Below are positions 1-11,854 of a stretch of DNA of 64,000 nt, one piece after another. The stretch covers positions 362,270 to 426,269 of the forward strand of contig MU005959.1 of assembly GCA_010093745.1 (NCBI GenBank), in the 5' to 3' direction. A model generated the notes under the pieces. It was given only the letters and a program-made list of their open reading frames with translations, did not search any database and was not told the origin of the DNA. The number at the start of each line of letters is the position of its first letter. Positions within the stretch are counted from its first letter, which is position 1. The translations under genes were made by a program, and so were the position numbers. This stretch comes from Piedraia hortae CBS 480.64. Lineage: Eukaryota.

Positions 1-191
1 TCAGACTTGTGTGATCGGCGTCCATCTATTGGACGGTGGGAACGATAACCCTGGACACAACGCTGCGCTAAGGCAGATTGAACTCATGCCAAAGCGCGAT
101 CCGACGAGCACCGCAATGAAGCTTATTATTAACCGCATGCAATGTCGGTCCCAAATACCTATGTTACACAATGCCCACCAGATTTCGATGC

Positions 192-776
192 TCATGATCT
201 TGTATAGAACCATCCCAGCCAGGATTTGCCCTTGTTGCCCAGAGCATCTACCACTAGCTCAGCTTGTCTGTCCAGAGGACCATCTCTAGATCTTATGTTT
301 TCATCGTTGACTGGTACAGGCCTTTGTCCCACCTCTGTTGCAATTGTTGAATGATGTTGGCCGTGCTCGAGTACTGCGTGATGTTCTGCCTCGGCCTGAG
401 CCTTCTCAGCCATCTCACGCTGCTCCGCACGCCATTCTGCTCGCCTTTTGCGGTTATGCATAATCATGTCAGTGGTGCCCGCAGTGGCCACCACAGCGCT
501 AACAACAGTAAACCCGATGATACCGAAAACGGTGGCTCTGTGTGTTCGGTCTGCCCACTTTCGCCCTAGTCTTAGGACTTTATCGTATCCACTTTCCTGG
601 ACTTGTCTTGCTGACGCGGCGGCCGCCCGCAGTCGGGCAATTTTCTGCTGCGGCGTTTCATTCGCCGGTGCTGAGCCAAAATTTATCTGCGACCCATGCC
701 GAATATCGGTAGCTGGGGAAGAGGCATAGGGGCCAGTCGAAGTGAAGCGAGTGGCATCTGAGGGGGAGCGCGCCAT
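192..776 (-). CDS. Conserved fungal protein, probable cytochrome c oxidase assembly (COX14-domain) family
   Basis: Single-exon ORF (ATG at 776, alternative 794). Contains 'DATRFTSTGP', 'ETPQQKIARLR' and 'GRKWADRTHR' followed by one TM helix and 'DMIMHNR', a pattern I recall from Pezizomycotina COX14-domain proteins. Confidence 0.55.
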   Translation of the reverse strand: MARSPSDATRFTSTGPYASSPATDIRHGSQINFGSAPANETPQQKIARLRAAAASARQVQESGYDKVLRLGRKWADRTHRATVFGIIGFTVVSAVVATAGTTDMIMHNRKRRAEWRAEQREMAEKAQAEAEHHAVLEHGQHHSTIATEVGQRPVPVNDENIRSRDGPLDRQAELVVDALGNKGKSWLGWFYTRS

Positions 777-919
777 GGTAAGTGGTCTGGCCATTCGCCT
801 AGATGTTGAAGTCTGCGGTGTACGGACCGTCCCGTCCCGTCCCGCCCCACCTATACTTCACTTGTGACTTCAGGTATCATAGATTTATCCCGACATCGCA
901 GTAGACGCAACTTGTGACA

Positions 920-1698
920 ATGTCGTGGGGCAATGTTCATACACCAGATCTGCAGACAATTCTTGCCAACTTAGCTAGGTTGTCGGGGTCTCAGCCTCCT
1001 CAGCAGCCTGTGCCGTCTAGTTTACCTTGGCCAGCTCCTGCTCACGACCAGGGGTCGTCTGATGTCTCTCGATTTGTCAATTCTAATACGATACAGCAGC
1101 AGCAAATCCCATCCCCAGCCGAGGGCCCTGTCATAGCTCCAGCCCAAATTACCACGTGGCAAGCTGGCTACAGATGCGTGCACAAGATCGCCAGAGATGA
1201 TGGCCAATTTGCGGCAAAAATCCGCAAGGTAAACCTAACCCATTGGTATAAATGTAGGCCGTTGACTCTCACCAGCTGATGGCCCATCAACGGAAGACCG
1301 AAATGCGGTGGTTTTCTGAACGACGGGACCTCAAACAGAGGCTGGCTGCTAGAGTAGATTCCAGTGCCCAAGTCACGTCTATCCTACAATCTCTGGGGTC
1401 ATCAGGTCATCAAAGTGAAACAACTGCTCAAACGGATGGCGGTAAGGCACTTGAAGAGTATGACCGTGGTCTCTACGCCGCCCAAGCCGCCATGGACGAA
1501 TACCTTGCCTCGGAATTGAAAGCAATGGGCGTACCATTCTTTAAGACTAATCCGGCTCTAGTGAAACCAGATGGTGAGGATCTACAGGATGCGTCGTCCA
1601 ATACTCGGCCAAAATGGAGCCCGTTCATCCACCAGAGCGAGCTCCTTCGCTTACAAAGACGTATGGTTGATCATCTGGAGGATCTCTATCGTGATTAG
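920..1698 (+). CDS. Conserved fungal hypothetical protein (DUF2458-like), 2 exons
   Basis: Exon 1 920-1228, intron 1229-1275 (GTAAAC...TTGAC...CAG, 47 nt), exon 2 1276-1698 in frame. Motifs 'ITTWQAG', 'HQRKTEMRWFSER', 'ELKAMGVPFF', 'LQRRMVDHLEDL'. Confidence 0.7.
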
Positions 1699-1736
1699 AA
1701 GTACAATCATCAATCTAAACTCAAACTGCAATCAGA

Positions 1737-2218
1737 TTACGACACTCCTTGGGCGTCTACGGGTGCGTATGGCTGCCTCCTCTCACTTTTCCATTTGTAT
1801 ACCCAAGATTTCAAACCTGCCCAAGCCAAAAGTCCCCCCGTAGCGAAGATGAACATGAAAACTATCGTCTCATCTTTGGCACTGTCTCTCTGAAAACATG
1901 TGGCAAAGACATCATCTTCTTCGGCGCCCTGACATATGGGAAGATGGTAATCGAGACAAAACTGCTTTGTGCAGTCGTTACATGTGCGGTGCTTAGATGG
2001 AGGGTCACCTTTGGTTACAGTCCCAGTAGATAGCGGCGCGTCCAAGGGAATAATGGTGCTGTTTATGTTGAAACATGTGCACTTGCAAAAAGAGGTCGGG
2101 GCTAAAGTAATCATATGTTAGTAGCTAGTCCATAGGGCATGGACGGAGCACTATTACAGGCGGCAAGAGACGACGAGAGCAGAAACAGCAGGAAGAACCA
2201 GAGCCCGCGCGGCATCAT
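1737..2218 (-). CDS. Small Cys-rich single-pass membrane protein with signal peptide (conserved fungal hypothetical), 2 exons
   Basis: Exon 1 2218-2158 encodes signal peptide MMPRGLWFFLLFLLSSSLAA. Intron 2157-2102 (GTAATA...CTAAC...TAG, 56 nt). Exon 2 encodes SPTSFCKCTC...CNDCTKQFC...C...CFQRDS then a TM helix. Confidence 0.75.
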
Positions 2219-2365
2219 GGTTGAACTGGATGAGATTGAAATCCTTGTCATGTTATTTACGGAACATAACGACCCTTACATGTATATAACGTTCACGCAT
2301 TGTGTTGCTGACTAAGAACGCTACCCCACGCCAGTGCAAGCGCCCTGGGAGGGAGGGTGGCAGAG

Positions 2366-3640
2366 ATGAGCACAGTGGAGCGCAAACGCCTACACATAAC
2401 ACCATTCACTGCCGAGCTGATTGATCGCTATATCCCACCTACACTACGCCCGCAGGCCTCCAACATATCGTTTCACACTGTACAGACCTTCCCCGAACGC
2501 GGCTTCGGCTACGTAGAACTACCCACTATGGAAGCTGATAAGCTGAAAAAGAAGCTGAACGGCACCACATTTAAAGGAACAAAGGTTAGAATCGAAGAGG
2601 CAAAATTGGAGAAGAAACGCGGGCAAGAGGAGGGGGAAGCAAGGGAGCCCCGGACAAAGACCCGGAAAGAAAAGAAAAAGAAGGAACAGGGCGTGTTTGA
2701 AGGCCATGAGCTTTCGCCAGGAAGGCATGTTAAGCGAGCGTGGACTGAAAATAATGCAGAAATGCCTATCAAGAAGCGTAAGGTGGTCAAGGATGATCAG
2801 CAAGTGTCCAGGAAGTTACGGTTCAAAACTGCCACCAAAGATGGACGTTCAAAGGACAAAGTGGTCATCCAAGAATTTGAAGCAAACAAGAGATTGCCGC
2901 CTGGAGCTCCTTCTGCAAAGGGATTGGCTAGCTATGAAGACGGCAAAGGCTGGGTGGGCATGACGGGTACTGTAGTGGAGCCTTTGGTCACGTCGAAGCA
3001 AACAAAGCATACAAAGCAGAACGTTGATGCTGTAATAGACGAAACTTCAGACACGCCGTCGAGTCCAGACCTATCTTCAAGCTCAGTTGTATCAACCAGC
3101 GACGAAGAGGGTTCGTCTAGCGCATCTGAAGCAGCCGCGAGCGACGAAGGATCAGCTACGGAAGAGCACGTGGACAAAGCCGCAGCTGCAGAAGAGCGCG
3201 TGGTACACCCTCTCGAAGCGCTGTTCAAGCCTCAGGCGACCGAAGTAGGCGTAAAGGGTCGCTCAAAGCCGCAGCCCATCAACACTACCTTTACATTCTT
3301 TGATTCGGGTGCTGCTGACAACGACGAGAGTGAGAAGTTAGCGCCACAGACACCGCACACCAAGCAAGACATGGAATGGCGGAGCGTACGCTCTGCAGCG
3401 CCGACTCCCGACACAGCTGCTATTGGACGACACTTCCGTTTTCCATCAGTTGAGGCAGCGGAGACGGCTGAGGAAGATGAAGCAGCCGAGGGAGGGGTGG
3501 AAGAAGAGAGTGAGTTTAGGAAATGGTTCTACGATAACCGCGGCGATTTGAATCGCAGCTGGAAAAGACGGAGACGAGAAGGGAAAAAGCAAATGCGACA
3601 GAGAGACAACAAGAGACTCAGCCAGAGGCTGGTGGCATAG
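2366..3640 (+). CDS. Probable nucleolar protein with N-terminal RRM-like domain and K/S/E-rich low-complexity regions
   Basis: Long single-exon ORF (ATG 2366). RRM-like 'RLHITP...RGFGYVEL...LNGTTFKGTKVRIEEA', and conserved C-terminal 'FRKWFYDNRGDLNRSWKRRRR'. Confidence 0.6.
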   Translation: MSTVERKRLHITPFTAELIDRYIPPTLRPQASNISFHTVQTFPERGFGYVELPTMEADKLKKKLNGTTFKGTKVRIEEAKLEKKRGQEEGEAREPRTKTRKEKKKKEQGVFEGHELSPGRHVKRAWTENNAEMPIKKRKVVKDDQQVSRKLRFKTATKDGRSKDKVVIQEFEANKRLPPGAPSAKGLASYEDGKGWVGMTGTVVEPLVTSKQTKHTKQNVDAVIDETSDTPSSPDLSSSSVVSTSDEEGSSSASEAAASDEGSATEEHVDKAAAAEERVVHPLEALFKPQATEVGVKGRSKPQPINTTFTFFDSGAADNDESEKLAPQTPHTKQDMEWRSVRSAAPTPDTAAIGRHFRFPSVEAAETAEEDEAAEGGVEEESEFRKWFYDNRGDLNRSWKRRRREGKKQMRQRDNKRLSQRLVA

Positions 3641-3921
3641 ATTGGTTGAATCACCAGCTTAGCCATGACTCGAATGACTCGAAGCCATCCCCCAAAACGG
3701 CTTGGAGCGTGTCAGCTTCCATGTGGGCTTACCGGCTGACAGGATACCGAACCTCATCGGTTGATAGCAGACTAGGCTGTCACATTCTCTAATCTCACGG
3801 ATAAAACTTTTTAATCTAGCTGTTGTCTGGCCTATAAGCTCGAATCTCGTTCCACTTTCTTCACCCACCAAAGCGCTTCCCACGCGCGTCAACGCAACTC
3901 AACAAGTCGACAGCTGTCAAA

Positions 3922-4320
3922 ATGCCTCTCAGCTCTGTCAAGAGGCGCGACGCGTTTGCCTTTCGCAATTTGAGCAGAAAAGTCACTTCTCAGATCTGGC
4001 AACCGTGGTTAAAGAATTATCATAAATTGGTCAACAGCGGGGCAAGCAAACTACCAGGGAGTCCTTATTGCAGCCATCCAGACACTCCAGAACCACCAAG
4101 CAGGAACGACTCTGCTGTGCTCTTGACAACTACAAGACAGTCGTCAGTCGTCAGCTTCAAGCTAAGAACGTGCTCGACCGAATCTGACGATCTGGCGGAC
4201 CCAGGGCCCGCAAGACAGCCTTTGCAAGACACAACAGAAGACCAAGCAACCAAAGCGCAGCCGGCACTGTCAATGGCTTATCGAAAGAGCAAATTTGTCG
4301 AAGACACGTCGGACTGGTGA
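3922..4320 (+). CDS. Possible hypothetical protein
   Basis: 132-aa ATG ORF filling a gap in an otherwise gene-dense block. No recognisable domain. Confidence 0.25.
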   Translation: MPLSSVKRRDAFAFRNLSRKVTSQIWQPWLKNYHKLVNSGASKLPGSPYCSHPDTPEPPSRNDSAVLLTTTRQSSVVSFKLRTCSTESDDLADPGPARQPLQDTTEDQATKAQPALSMAYRKSKFVEDTSDW

Positions 4321-4617
4321 GAGCTACAGAAGGAGTAATGCGACTACGAATCTAATCGACCAATGGCTCATGGTCTTGTATGTAATGGGTAATGTGTACT
4401 TTGAGCAGCTTCACAGTTCATTGTCATTTAGCGCCGGAATGCGGTGCCATCACGGCGTTGGATGTTGATCCACATGCCAAACTATATAGGGATAGTTGAG
4501 CAGGGGGCAAGGTTAGTCCCTGGTTGGTCCCTGGCGATCATCAGGGTCTCGTGCACAGACCAGCTGTTCGATGAGTTCACTCTCGCCTTGAGTTGATGTG
4601 GCGGTCGCCATCACACC

Positions 4618-5763
4618 ATGGCAACGCTCCTGAGATCCCGCAACGCCCTTTCTCTTCGTGTATTTGCCATTCAGAGCCGCCAAATGTCGTCATATGGCTA
4701 TGAACAGGCGCAGTGTCTCTCATTTGCAAAGTATGGCGAGCCAAAAGAGGTCTTGAAGCTCCATCGACACTCTATCTCGCCCGCCCATGGTAATCTAGTA
4801 ACTATCAAGTTCCTTGCTTCTCCCATAAACCCCGCAGACATCAACCAGATCCAAGGCGTGTACCCCAGCAAGCCAACCTTTAGCGGATCTATTGGCAGCA
4901 GCGAGCCATTAGCTGTGGGCGGCAACGAGGGCTTGGCCGAGGTTGTCTCGGTCGGGAACAAGGTCAGCAAGTTAAGATGCGGTGACTGGGTTATCATGAA
5001 TGGCCCCGGTTTCGGAACTTGGCGCACTCATGCTCAAACAACCGAGGACAAGCTTGCGCCCATCCGCAATCATGAGGGTGTGACTCCAGAGCAAGTTGGA
5101 ACCGTGTCTATCAATCCTCTCACTGCCTATCGGATGCTGCGCGATTTTGTGCCACTGCAACAGGACGAATGGTTCATCCAAAACGGTGCGAATTCGGGGG
5201 TCGGCCGCGCTGCGATTCAATTGGGTAAGGAATGGGGGTATAAGAGTATCAATATCGTCCGGCAAAGGAAAAGTGAAGAGCAAATGGCATCTCTGCGGGA
5301 GGAGCTAAAGACTTTGGGCGCAGACGTTGTCGTCACAGACGAAGAGGTCCAATCACGCGATTTCCCTAAGCGTGTTGAGGAGCTTACAGGCAAAGCCCCC
5401 GTTCGTCTCGCCTTGAACTGTGTAGGCGGCCCATTGGTTAATTTTATGGCAAAAATGCTGGCACCTGGCTCGCACGTGGTGACATACGGTGCTATGAGTA
5501 AACAGCCGGTATCGCTACCCATGGGACTCTTAATATTTAAAAATATCACCTTCTCCGGCTTCTGGGTGAGCCAATGGAGCAAGCTTCATCCTGAGCAGAG
5601 GCAAAAGTGCATTGATGAGGTCCTCGATCTGACCAGAGCCGGCAAGTTCAAAGACACGCCAATGCAAAAGGTCAAATGGACCGGCGATGGAAAGAGCTTG
5701 ATAGACGCCGTTCAGGGCACTTTAGACGGCTTCAGGGACAAATCGATCTTCATCTTCGAGTGA
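4618..5763 (+). CDS. ETR1: Mitochondrial enoyl-[ACP] reductase (2-enoyl thioester reductase, MDR family)
   Basis: Mitochondrial presequence; 'ASPINPADINQIQGVYP', 'GNEG', 'GTWRT', 'INPLTAYRML', 'QNGANSGVG', 'TYGAMS'. Confidence 0.93.
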   Translation: MATLLRSRNALSLRVFAIQSRQMSSYGYEQAQCLSFAKYGEPKEVLKLHRHSISPAHGNLVTIKFLASPINPADINQIQGVYPSKPTFSGSIGSSEPLAVGGNEGLAEVVSVGNKVSKLRCGDWVIMNGPGFGTWRTHAQTTEDKLAPIRNHEGVTPEQVGTVSINPLTAYRMLRDFVPLQQDEWFIQNGANSGVGRAAIQLGKEWGYKSINIVRQRKSEEQMASLREELKTLGADVVVTDEEVQSRDFPKRVEELTGKAPVRLALNCVGGPLVNFMAKMLAPGSHVVTYGAMSKQPVSLPMGLLIFKNITFSGFWVSQWSKLHPEQRQKCIDEVLDLTRAGKFKDTPMQKVKWTGDGKSLIDAVQGTLDGFRDKSIFIFE

Positions 5764-7589
5764 GTCAATTTTCCAGGAGAAGCGTTGAATGTACATAAAG
5801 TTAAAATCGTTGATAGTCAAGGGGTCACCGTGAAGTAATTGTGATTAGCGTTCGTTCTATGAATAGTCTTGCTCGTGGAAGCCAGAGTGCTGGCTTTTTT
5901 AGGCTCGGGAGACGTTGAGCACATGTGATTATAATTGACATCACCGTCGGAGACCGTTGTCTTTGATCGAAGACTCTCTGAGAACTCATTCGAGCACGAT
6001 GTCAGCAGAAGATCGGTAGATTTCTTCCTCCACTTACTCCCAGCATGCTCTTGAAGTCGGAGGCCGTGTAAGCCGAATAGCTTCCTGTCATCGAACACCC
6101 TTAGACGACTTCAAGATCTAATAACAAGATAGCCCAGTTGTGAGGTGTGAACTCCGTTCTTCAAAGAGAGCGAGCTGTTTGAAATTCATTATGCTCTGTG
6201 CAGACAAGATATAAGCCAGATGTTTAGAATAGGAGCCAGCAATGAGTCAGTTCTCCAACGGATCCGTGGATACCATGTTGGGCCATCCATATTACAGTAC
6301 CTCCTCGGGCGTTCGCCAAGCTGGGGAGGTCGACTTTCTGGTTACTCAAAGTGACAATCACCTGCGGTTCATTGCTTATCGACGTTAACATTTGCACGTA
6401 TGTCAGACTTAGATCCGTTCAGTACGGCAGTACGGCCGCAGCTTTGCGATGAAGGTCCAAGTGAATATTTCTACCGCCGCTTCGTAGCCTAAGCCTAATG
6501 GGCAATCTACACCAACCCGCGGCCATCCGCCATATCATACCGAGTGATATCACGGTAAATCGAACTTGATAATGATCCAGTATGGTTGAATGTAAATTTA
6601 AAAGTTTATGTGAAACTTGGTAGCTCGCCTAATGGACATGAGTAGGTGTGTGGCCCGATGTGGAATCCAAAATCCGCTGGCGGATCTGTGAGAAATGGCT
6701 TACAAGAACCCGAGTCTTACTCAGTCGGGCTGAAGCAGCCCCACTTCCGCTGTCCAGCGTTTGACCTCTCCATTTGGTAATGCCACAGTGGATCCGCCAC
6801 GCAAAGGTTATAGAGCCTTAGCAGCCAGGTATAATGGCGACGTGATCAATTTGCGATAGCTCAGCAAGTAACTGGTGGTATAGCGACTAAGTTCAAAAAC
6901 TTTGGTCTAAAGTTTGACATAAGATTCCAATCTCTGAAGCCAAGTTTTGCTGCTTAGTCGCTGACCGGCAGGCTAGCGGATATGCAGGGCGCTATTATTG
7001 CATTCAAGATGGCTGCGAGGAGTAACATCTAGCCTACTTGGAAGTTCGCACCTTAGCGGAAAAAATGTTGTGCAAGGCACCGTCCCGCGGCTACATAGCC
7101 AAGGACATGATCATAATTTGTGCATTTTCTTATGTGCATATGCGGTAATCATGTTATATCACTGCGAATCTTCAAAGAATGCAGCGTGAGGACGGCACCG
7201 GGTTCTTGTAACTGCGGAGCTGGTCGATAGAATGGTTCTAATCCTGAAAAGTCTGAAAGGAGCAGGTATTTATGACTACCTTCCTCCTTCTAGTAGAGGA
7301 GAGGAGGGATGCTGTTGAGGTGCATACCATACCCTGCAAATACCATGCTTGTCAGTGAGCCTGCGTGAGAATCACCCCACATTTGTCCAACGTGCAAGAG
7401 AAATTGATGACATGATCTTTTCATGACAGACTTGCTAGTACATGCTCTGCTGTCAAAAGCATCTGAATCCTCTTGCAGCCATGATCTAGGGTTCGCTACC
7501 CACCTTATTGATAATAATAGACCATATCTCTCACTTGGTCTAGAGTGAACGTGAAATATCTCCATCGCCTGTGCTTGCTTGCCCTATTC

Positions 7590-8333
7590 ACGGTAAACTC
7601 GGGCGCATGTCCAGTGTCGTTTCGTGCTTTGGCCCCAGGGTCTTATCATATCTCAGCATGCGCTGTCACAGTGGCTCTAATTTTGCCCACTTTTGCTTTC
7701 ATCATAGACATGGGCTAAAGCATGGACCACTTCGATGGCCTTCCTGGAGTTAGGCCCCGGTGACTTATATCCTCGCAGGCACTGTTCAAACAGGGACGCC
7801 GCTTTGTGGGTTTCGCGTCGATATACCATGTGGAAATCGGCCACGATTTTAACTGCATCGAGAGTGGATCAGTGCTCTCATCCCAGAGAATTGTTGAGAC
7901 CTTCGGCCCACTCTTTGTACGCCTTCTCCGCTTCGCTATATCTTTCTAGCTTGGAGTAGAGGTTTCCCATACGACCAACGCTTCTCATCGTACCCTCGTA
8001 AGTTGGACCTCTGAACTATCCGTATGCTTCATGTGCTCGTTCATGTATAGCTAATGACGCTTCCCACTTCCCTTGCTGTCTGTAAAGCTTCCCCAAGCCA
8101 TCGAGGCAGTTAAGCGCAAGCAGATTATCTGTTCCAGTTGAAATATCAAACCTTTTGAGGGCTTCCTGCAATATTTGTCCTGCTTCCTTTAGTTTGCCCT
8201 GGGAGAGCAATGCACCGCCCAGATTGCACATAACTGCCAATATCATCGGATGGTTGGGGCCCAGAGTCTTCTCCCACTTCGCGTTTGCCACTTCAAATCT
8301 GCGCACTTCCGATGCTGAATACTTCTTTATCAA
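7590..8333 (-). pseudogene. Degenerate kinesin-light-chain-type TPR repeat gene (as found at NB-ARC/NACHT-TPR NLR C-termini)
   Basis: Repeats 'LGPNHPMILAVMCNLGGAL', 'RGPTYEGTMRSVGRMGNLY', 'LG*EH*STLDAV' and 'LGPKHETTLDM'. In-frame stops TAG 8016-8018, TGA 7878-7880 and TGA 7869-7871, plus a frameshift near 7690. Confidence 0.75.
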
Positions 8334-9427
8334 TTGGTAGTTCTGCGGTGGTTTTTGTGGGTGTAGAAGTGATGGTATTGGTGCAGGTGGGGCAAATTTC
8401 TGTGCGCTGTTACCTGACCTGTGCCCCTCCCTGATTTACTTGTGAGTGATTGGCAAAGGGTAAAACATCTGAGAGTTCGGCCATAGGCACAGCTCGTTCC
8501 TCCAACGCGCAAAATCGATATAGATACAGGAACGCCTTTCGATCCTTCTGGCGCACAGCGAAAGAAGCAGACTACCAATTCAGAAGCAACTACGATTCAA
8601 GGCATCAACAATCTCTTCACCCATTAACTTGAGCACATAACTGAGGTGTCAGAAGGATGTGGCACCCACCATGACCAGAACCTTAGCTAGAAGTCGAAAC
8701 TTCTCCCTGAGACGGGTCATTGTCTCGTTCATGCTTATGGGCATGGGCCGCTGACGTTGTCCTGGCGAATGCGGTTAGACTGAGGTAGTGTGGAGAAGGT
8801 TTCGAATCTCACTTCACATAGAGAGGCATCCACATTCACCTTTTGGTCAGAGTTGAGTGCGCACATTTGTCTTTGATCTAGTCGAAGGACGTGTCACGTG
8901 ATGACTATGAACAATGTCCCCTCATGTGTGCAGTATAGTTCAACTATACAAATATTTACGTCTCAGTGTACTCCCACTATCAGTTAGTTCCTCTTTAACT
9001 AAAGAGGATGTTATAAACCAATCCAGAAGTGCCGTCCACACGCGCGTGGTAGCAAGCGTAGCTATGAATAACTAGCAAGGCGCGTCGGTGTATCAAATTC
9101 CCTGTGCGCTTAGGCGGCGCGGGTCGTTCCGTGCACACTCACAGCTGTAACACGGTGCTGTCCACTCTACTCTCCTCCTACATGCTATGATGGTTGTAGC
9201 AACCTCACACTTGCACGTGACTTGTGCAACTGCTTAGATTCCTTTAGCGCCCGGTTGTACATACAGCGCTTCATACAACATGATATTTGAGGGTACCGCA
9301 ATAAAGATGGCATCTCACCATGTTCGCTTCGAAGGAATCACGATGGACAGTCAACTTCGATCTAATGGGTCAACGTAATGTTTTACAAGACATCACACAG
9401 ACCAGTCTCTAAAAGCAGTAATCCTCT

Positions 9428-10665
9428 GTGTGCATTCTGTCGCTTGAAATCCCAAACGGTTTACGCGGAATCGAAGACTCGAACCTGTTTTCTCTTTCAG
9501 CGATCTGTCGCGCTTACCTTACCGCTTTGAGGCAATATGTCGAAAGTATACAAGTCATAATCTTTTTGGATTTCCTGGGGCGGAATCATTTTGGTAGCGC
9601 CAAAAGTACGAGTCATGCCTTGGACCAGTTGTCGTTGTTGACACAGTGGGTATATATTCCAAGTTTTATTCCATCTCCGAACACCAGCATCCACAACAAC
9701 AACAACAACAACAACAACTTTCAGCGCAACAGCTTCCAGAACAATGACTTTCATCACAACAGCTTCGCATCACCAAACATCCAGTATCCACACCGCCAGC
9801 CTTCCCGCAGCGGTACAATATCTATCCAAACCCTTACCCAGCAAGGCGACAGCGCCTTCGCAGCGCAGAACTGGGCGGCCGTGGATTACTGCTACTCCAA
9901 AACCGTTGAACTCAGGATCAAGATCAAAACCCTACGATTCGCACCGGGCGAAGAGATCAGATTCGACCCGTCACTGTTTACAGACTACCACCGCCGCAGA
10001 ATTGCGAAGAGCTATTTGGCTGTGCAAAATACCCTCAGGGACCTGCTTGATTGCGAGTCTGATACGGGAGACTGTCCAAACGCTGTCAAAACAATCATAG
10101 GTTATGACGGTATACCCTTGAACTCAAAAATGACGCTCACATTCACCAAAGACATGATCAGTCGCTTCCGCGCAGGCAAACGTATTCCCAACCAGTACGC
10201 CCAGAGGATTGTCTTTGAGGTTTCGAAGATCCTGAGCCAGGAGCCGACTTTGGTCGAGCTCAATCTCGGAAGCAACCAAACCCTGACCATCTGCGGCGAC
10301 GTGCACGGGCAGTTTTTCGACCTGCTGGAGGTTTTCAAGTCAGCCGGTTTCCCATAAAGTGCGAAGTAGGTGTACCACTTCAACGGTGACTTTGTGGACC
10401 GCGAACTGTGGTCGACGGAGGCTGTGCTGCTGCTTTTCGCATACAAGTGGATATATCCGACGCGGTTCTTCCTAAAACGCGGCAACCATGAGCTGGAGGA
10501 GATGTATGAGTATCTTGGGTTCCGCTGGGAGTGTATGTTGAAATACGATCTTCCGCTTTTTCGGCACCAGACTACAATGGCCGCGGCACCAATCATGGTG
10601 CGTACGTCAACATCTCATCCGACTACATGTAGACGATTGTGCAGTTCGATGCGGCGAAGGTTAAC
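9428..10665 (+). pseudogene. Degenerate protein phosphatase 5 (PPT1-like) copy: one TPR plus a broken PPP catalytic domain
   Basis: TPR1-like 'LTQQGDSAFAAQNWAAVDYCYSKTVEL'; 'GDVHGQFFDL', 'FNGDFVDRE', 'RGNHE'. In-frame stops TAA 10355 and TAG 10367. C-terminal 'FSAPDY...GAYVNISSDYM*TIVQFDA' appears in the -1 frame from 10558, directly after the RGNHE region. Confidence 0.8.
9695..9718 (+). repeat. (AAC)8 microsatellite encoding poly-Asn
   Basis: Directly visible perfect trinucleotide repeat. Confidence 0.95.
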
Positions 10666-11854
10666 ACCTCAATAAGTGCTGAAGCGTATGGTGCAGATGC
10701 AGATGACTGATTTTAAAACAGGGCCGTGCACATGCATTCAGTAGCTAGATGATGTAGAAGGTTAAGCTTTCCAAGCCGACCAGCCGCTAGTCACGATAAG
10801 AGGCTGTAGGGAGGTGGTTTACGATCTCAAGAATAATTTATGGAGTGGTTTACAATTGCCTATGAGGCATATAGAATTCAATCTGTACAAATGATTCTCA
10901 ACTAATTGTGTGATAAGATCAATACACACAATAATGTGAGCCTTCAACCCTGTATAGTCAAGCTGTGAACTCATTGCAACAGCACTACGAATAATTATAT
11001 GACGGTTAAAGTCGATTCAAAATTTCCGCTTGAGTGAGACTAGAATCGACATAAATGGCCCCGAGAAATTCGTCTTGTCTTTGTCTCTGATAAGTCCAAT
11101 ATCTCCCTACCAGCGACGTGTTCCAACAACCTTGTAAATTCCCTGATACAGCAGCACTACTGAGGATTGTTTGATTGGTAAAGTAAATTTACAACTTTAT
11201 TTGAACGAGGCTGGAATCTCAATACTATGCACGAGACCAAGGCAATACTTGTTGCGACCTTTCTTGTGGCGCAATGGGGCTCTCTATACTCGTTTTTCGG
11301 ATATAAACATGCTCCGCAGTTATAAAAGCGAATATCGTCTGAGAGCAGAAGGGTCGATATACGACGATGGAGAATTCTTGAAGCATTTGCGCACAATATA
11401 AGATTTTCTTTCTTCCGTCTATGATACCCTGATTTCAAATTCCAGAGCATGTAATTCAATGCGGAGGTGGCTTTGTATTGGAGTGTGGTGTTTGTTGGAT
11501 ATAATTGATAATGATACGAACGGGTTCAAGTGTCAATATGGCGGACGTTTATAGGAGCGAGGGGTTAGTTGGATATAGGATAGCTCTGATGGTAATAGAC
11601 AAGGTCCTCAAATATCTATTGCGCAGAGAGTTATGCAACGAAGTGTATGATACACTCTATATTAGATGACTATTGGTTCACAGATCAGTAGTACGATAAG
11701 TGAAGCGGTATGTGTTTGGTGGTGAGTTCTGGAGAGCTCGATGAATGGTTACAACCTTTGGAGCAGTATTTGGGTGGTGGATGTATGGTGTTGTAGTATT
11801 GCGAGTGCGCTCTGGCGCGTGATTAACCGGCCATGTGGATCAACCAATATATTC

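Noticed and set aside
826..848. (CCGTC)n pentamer run in a bidirectional promoter, and a similar (CGGCT)n run near 27013
   Set aside because: Short simple repeats of 3-4 units; no support for a specific regulatory function.
10355..10369. Possible micro-intron or stop-codon readthrough rescuing the PP5-like gene
   Set aside because: The only GT..AG span is 11 nt and does not remove the TAA. The downstream deletion and frameshift would still destroy the catalytic domain.
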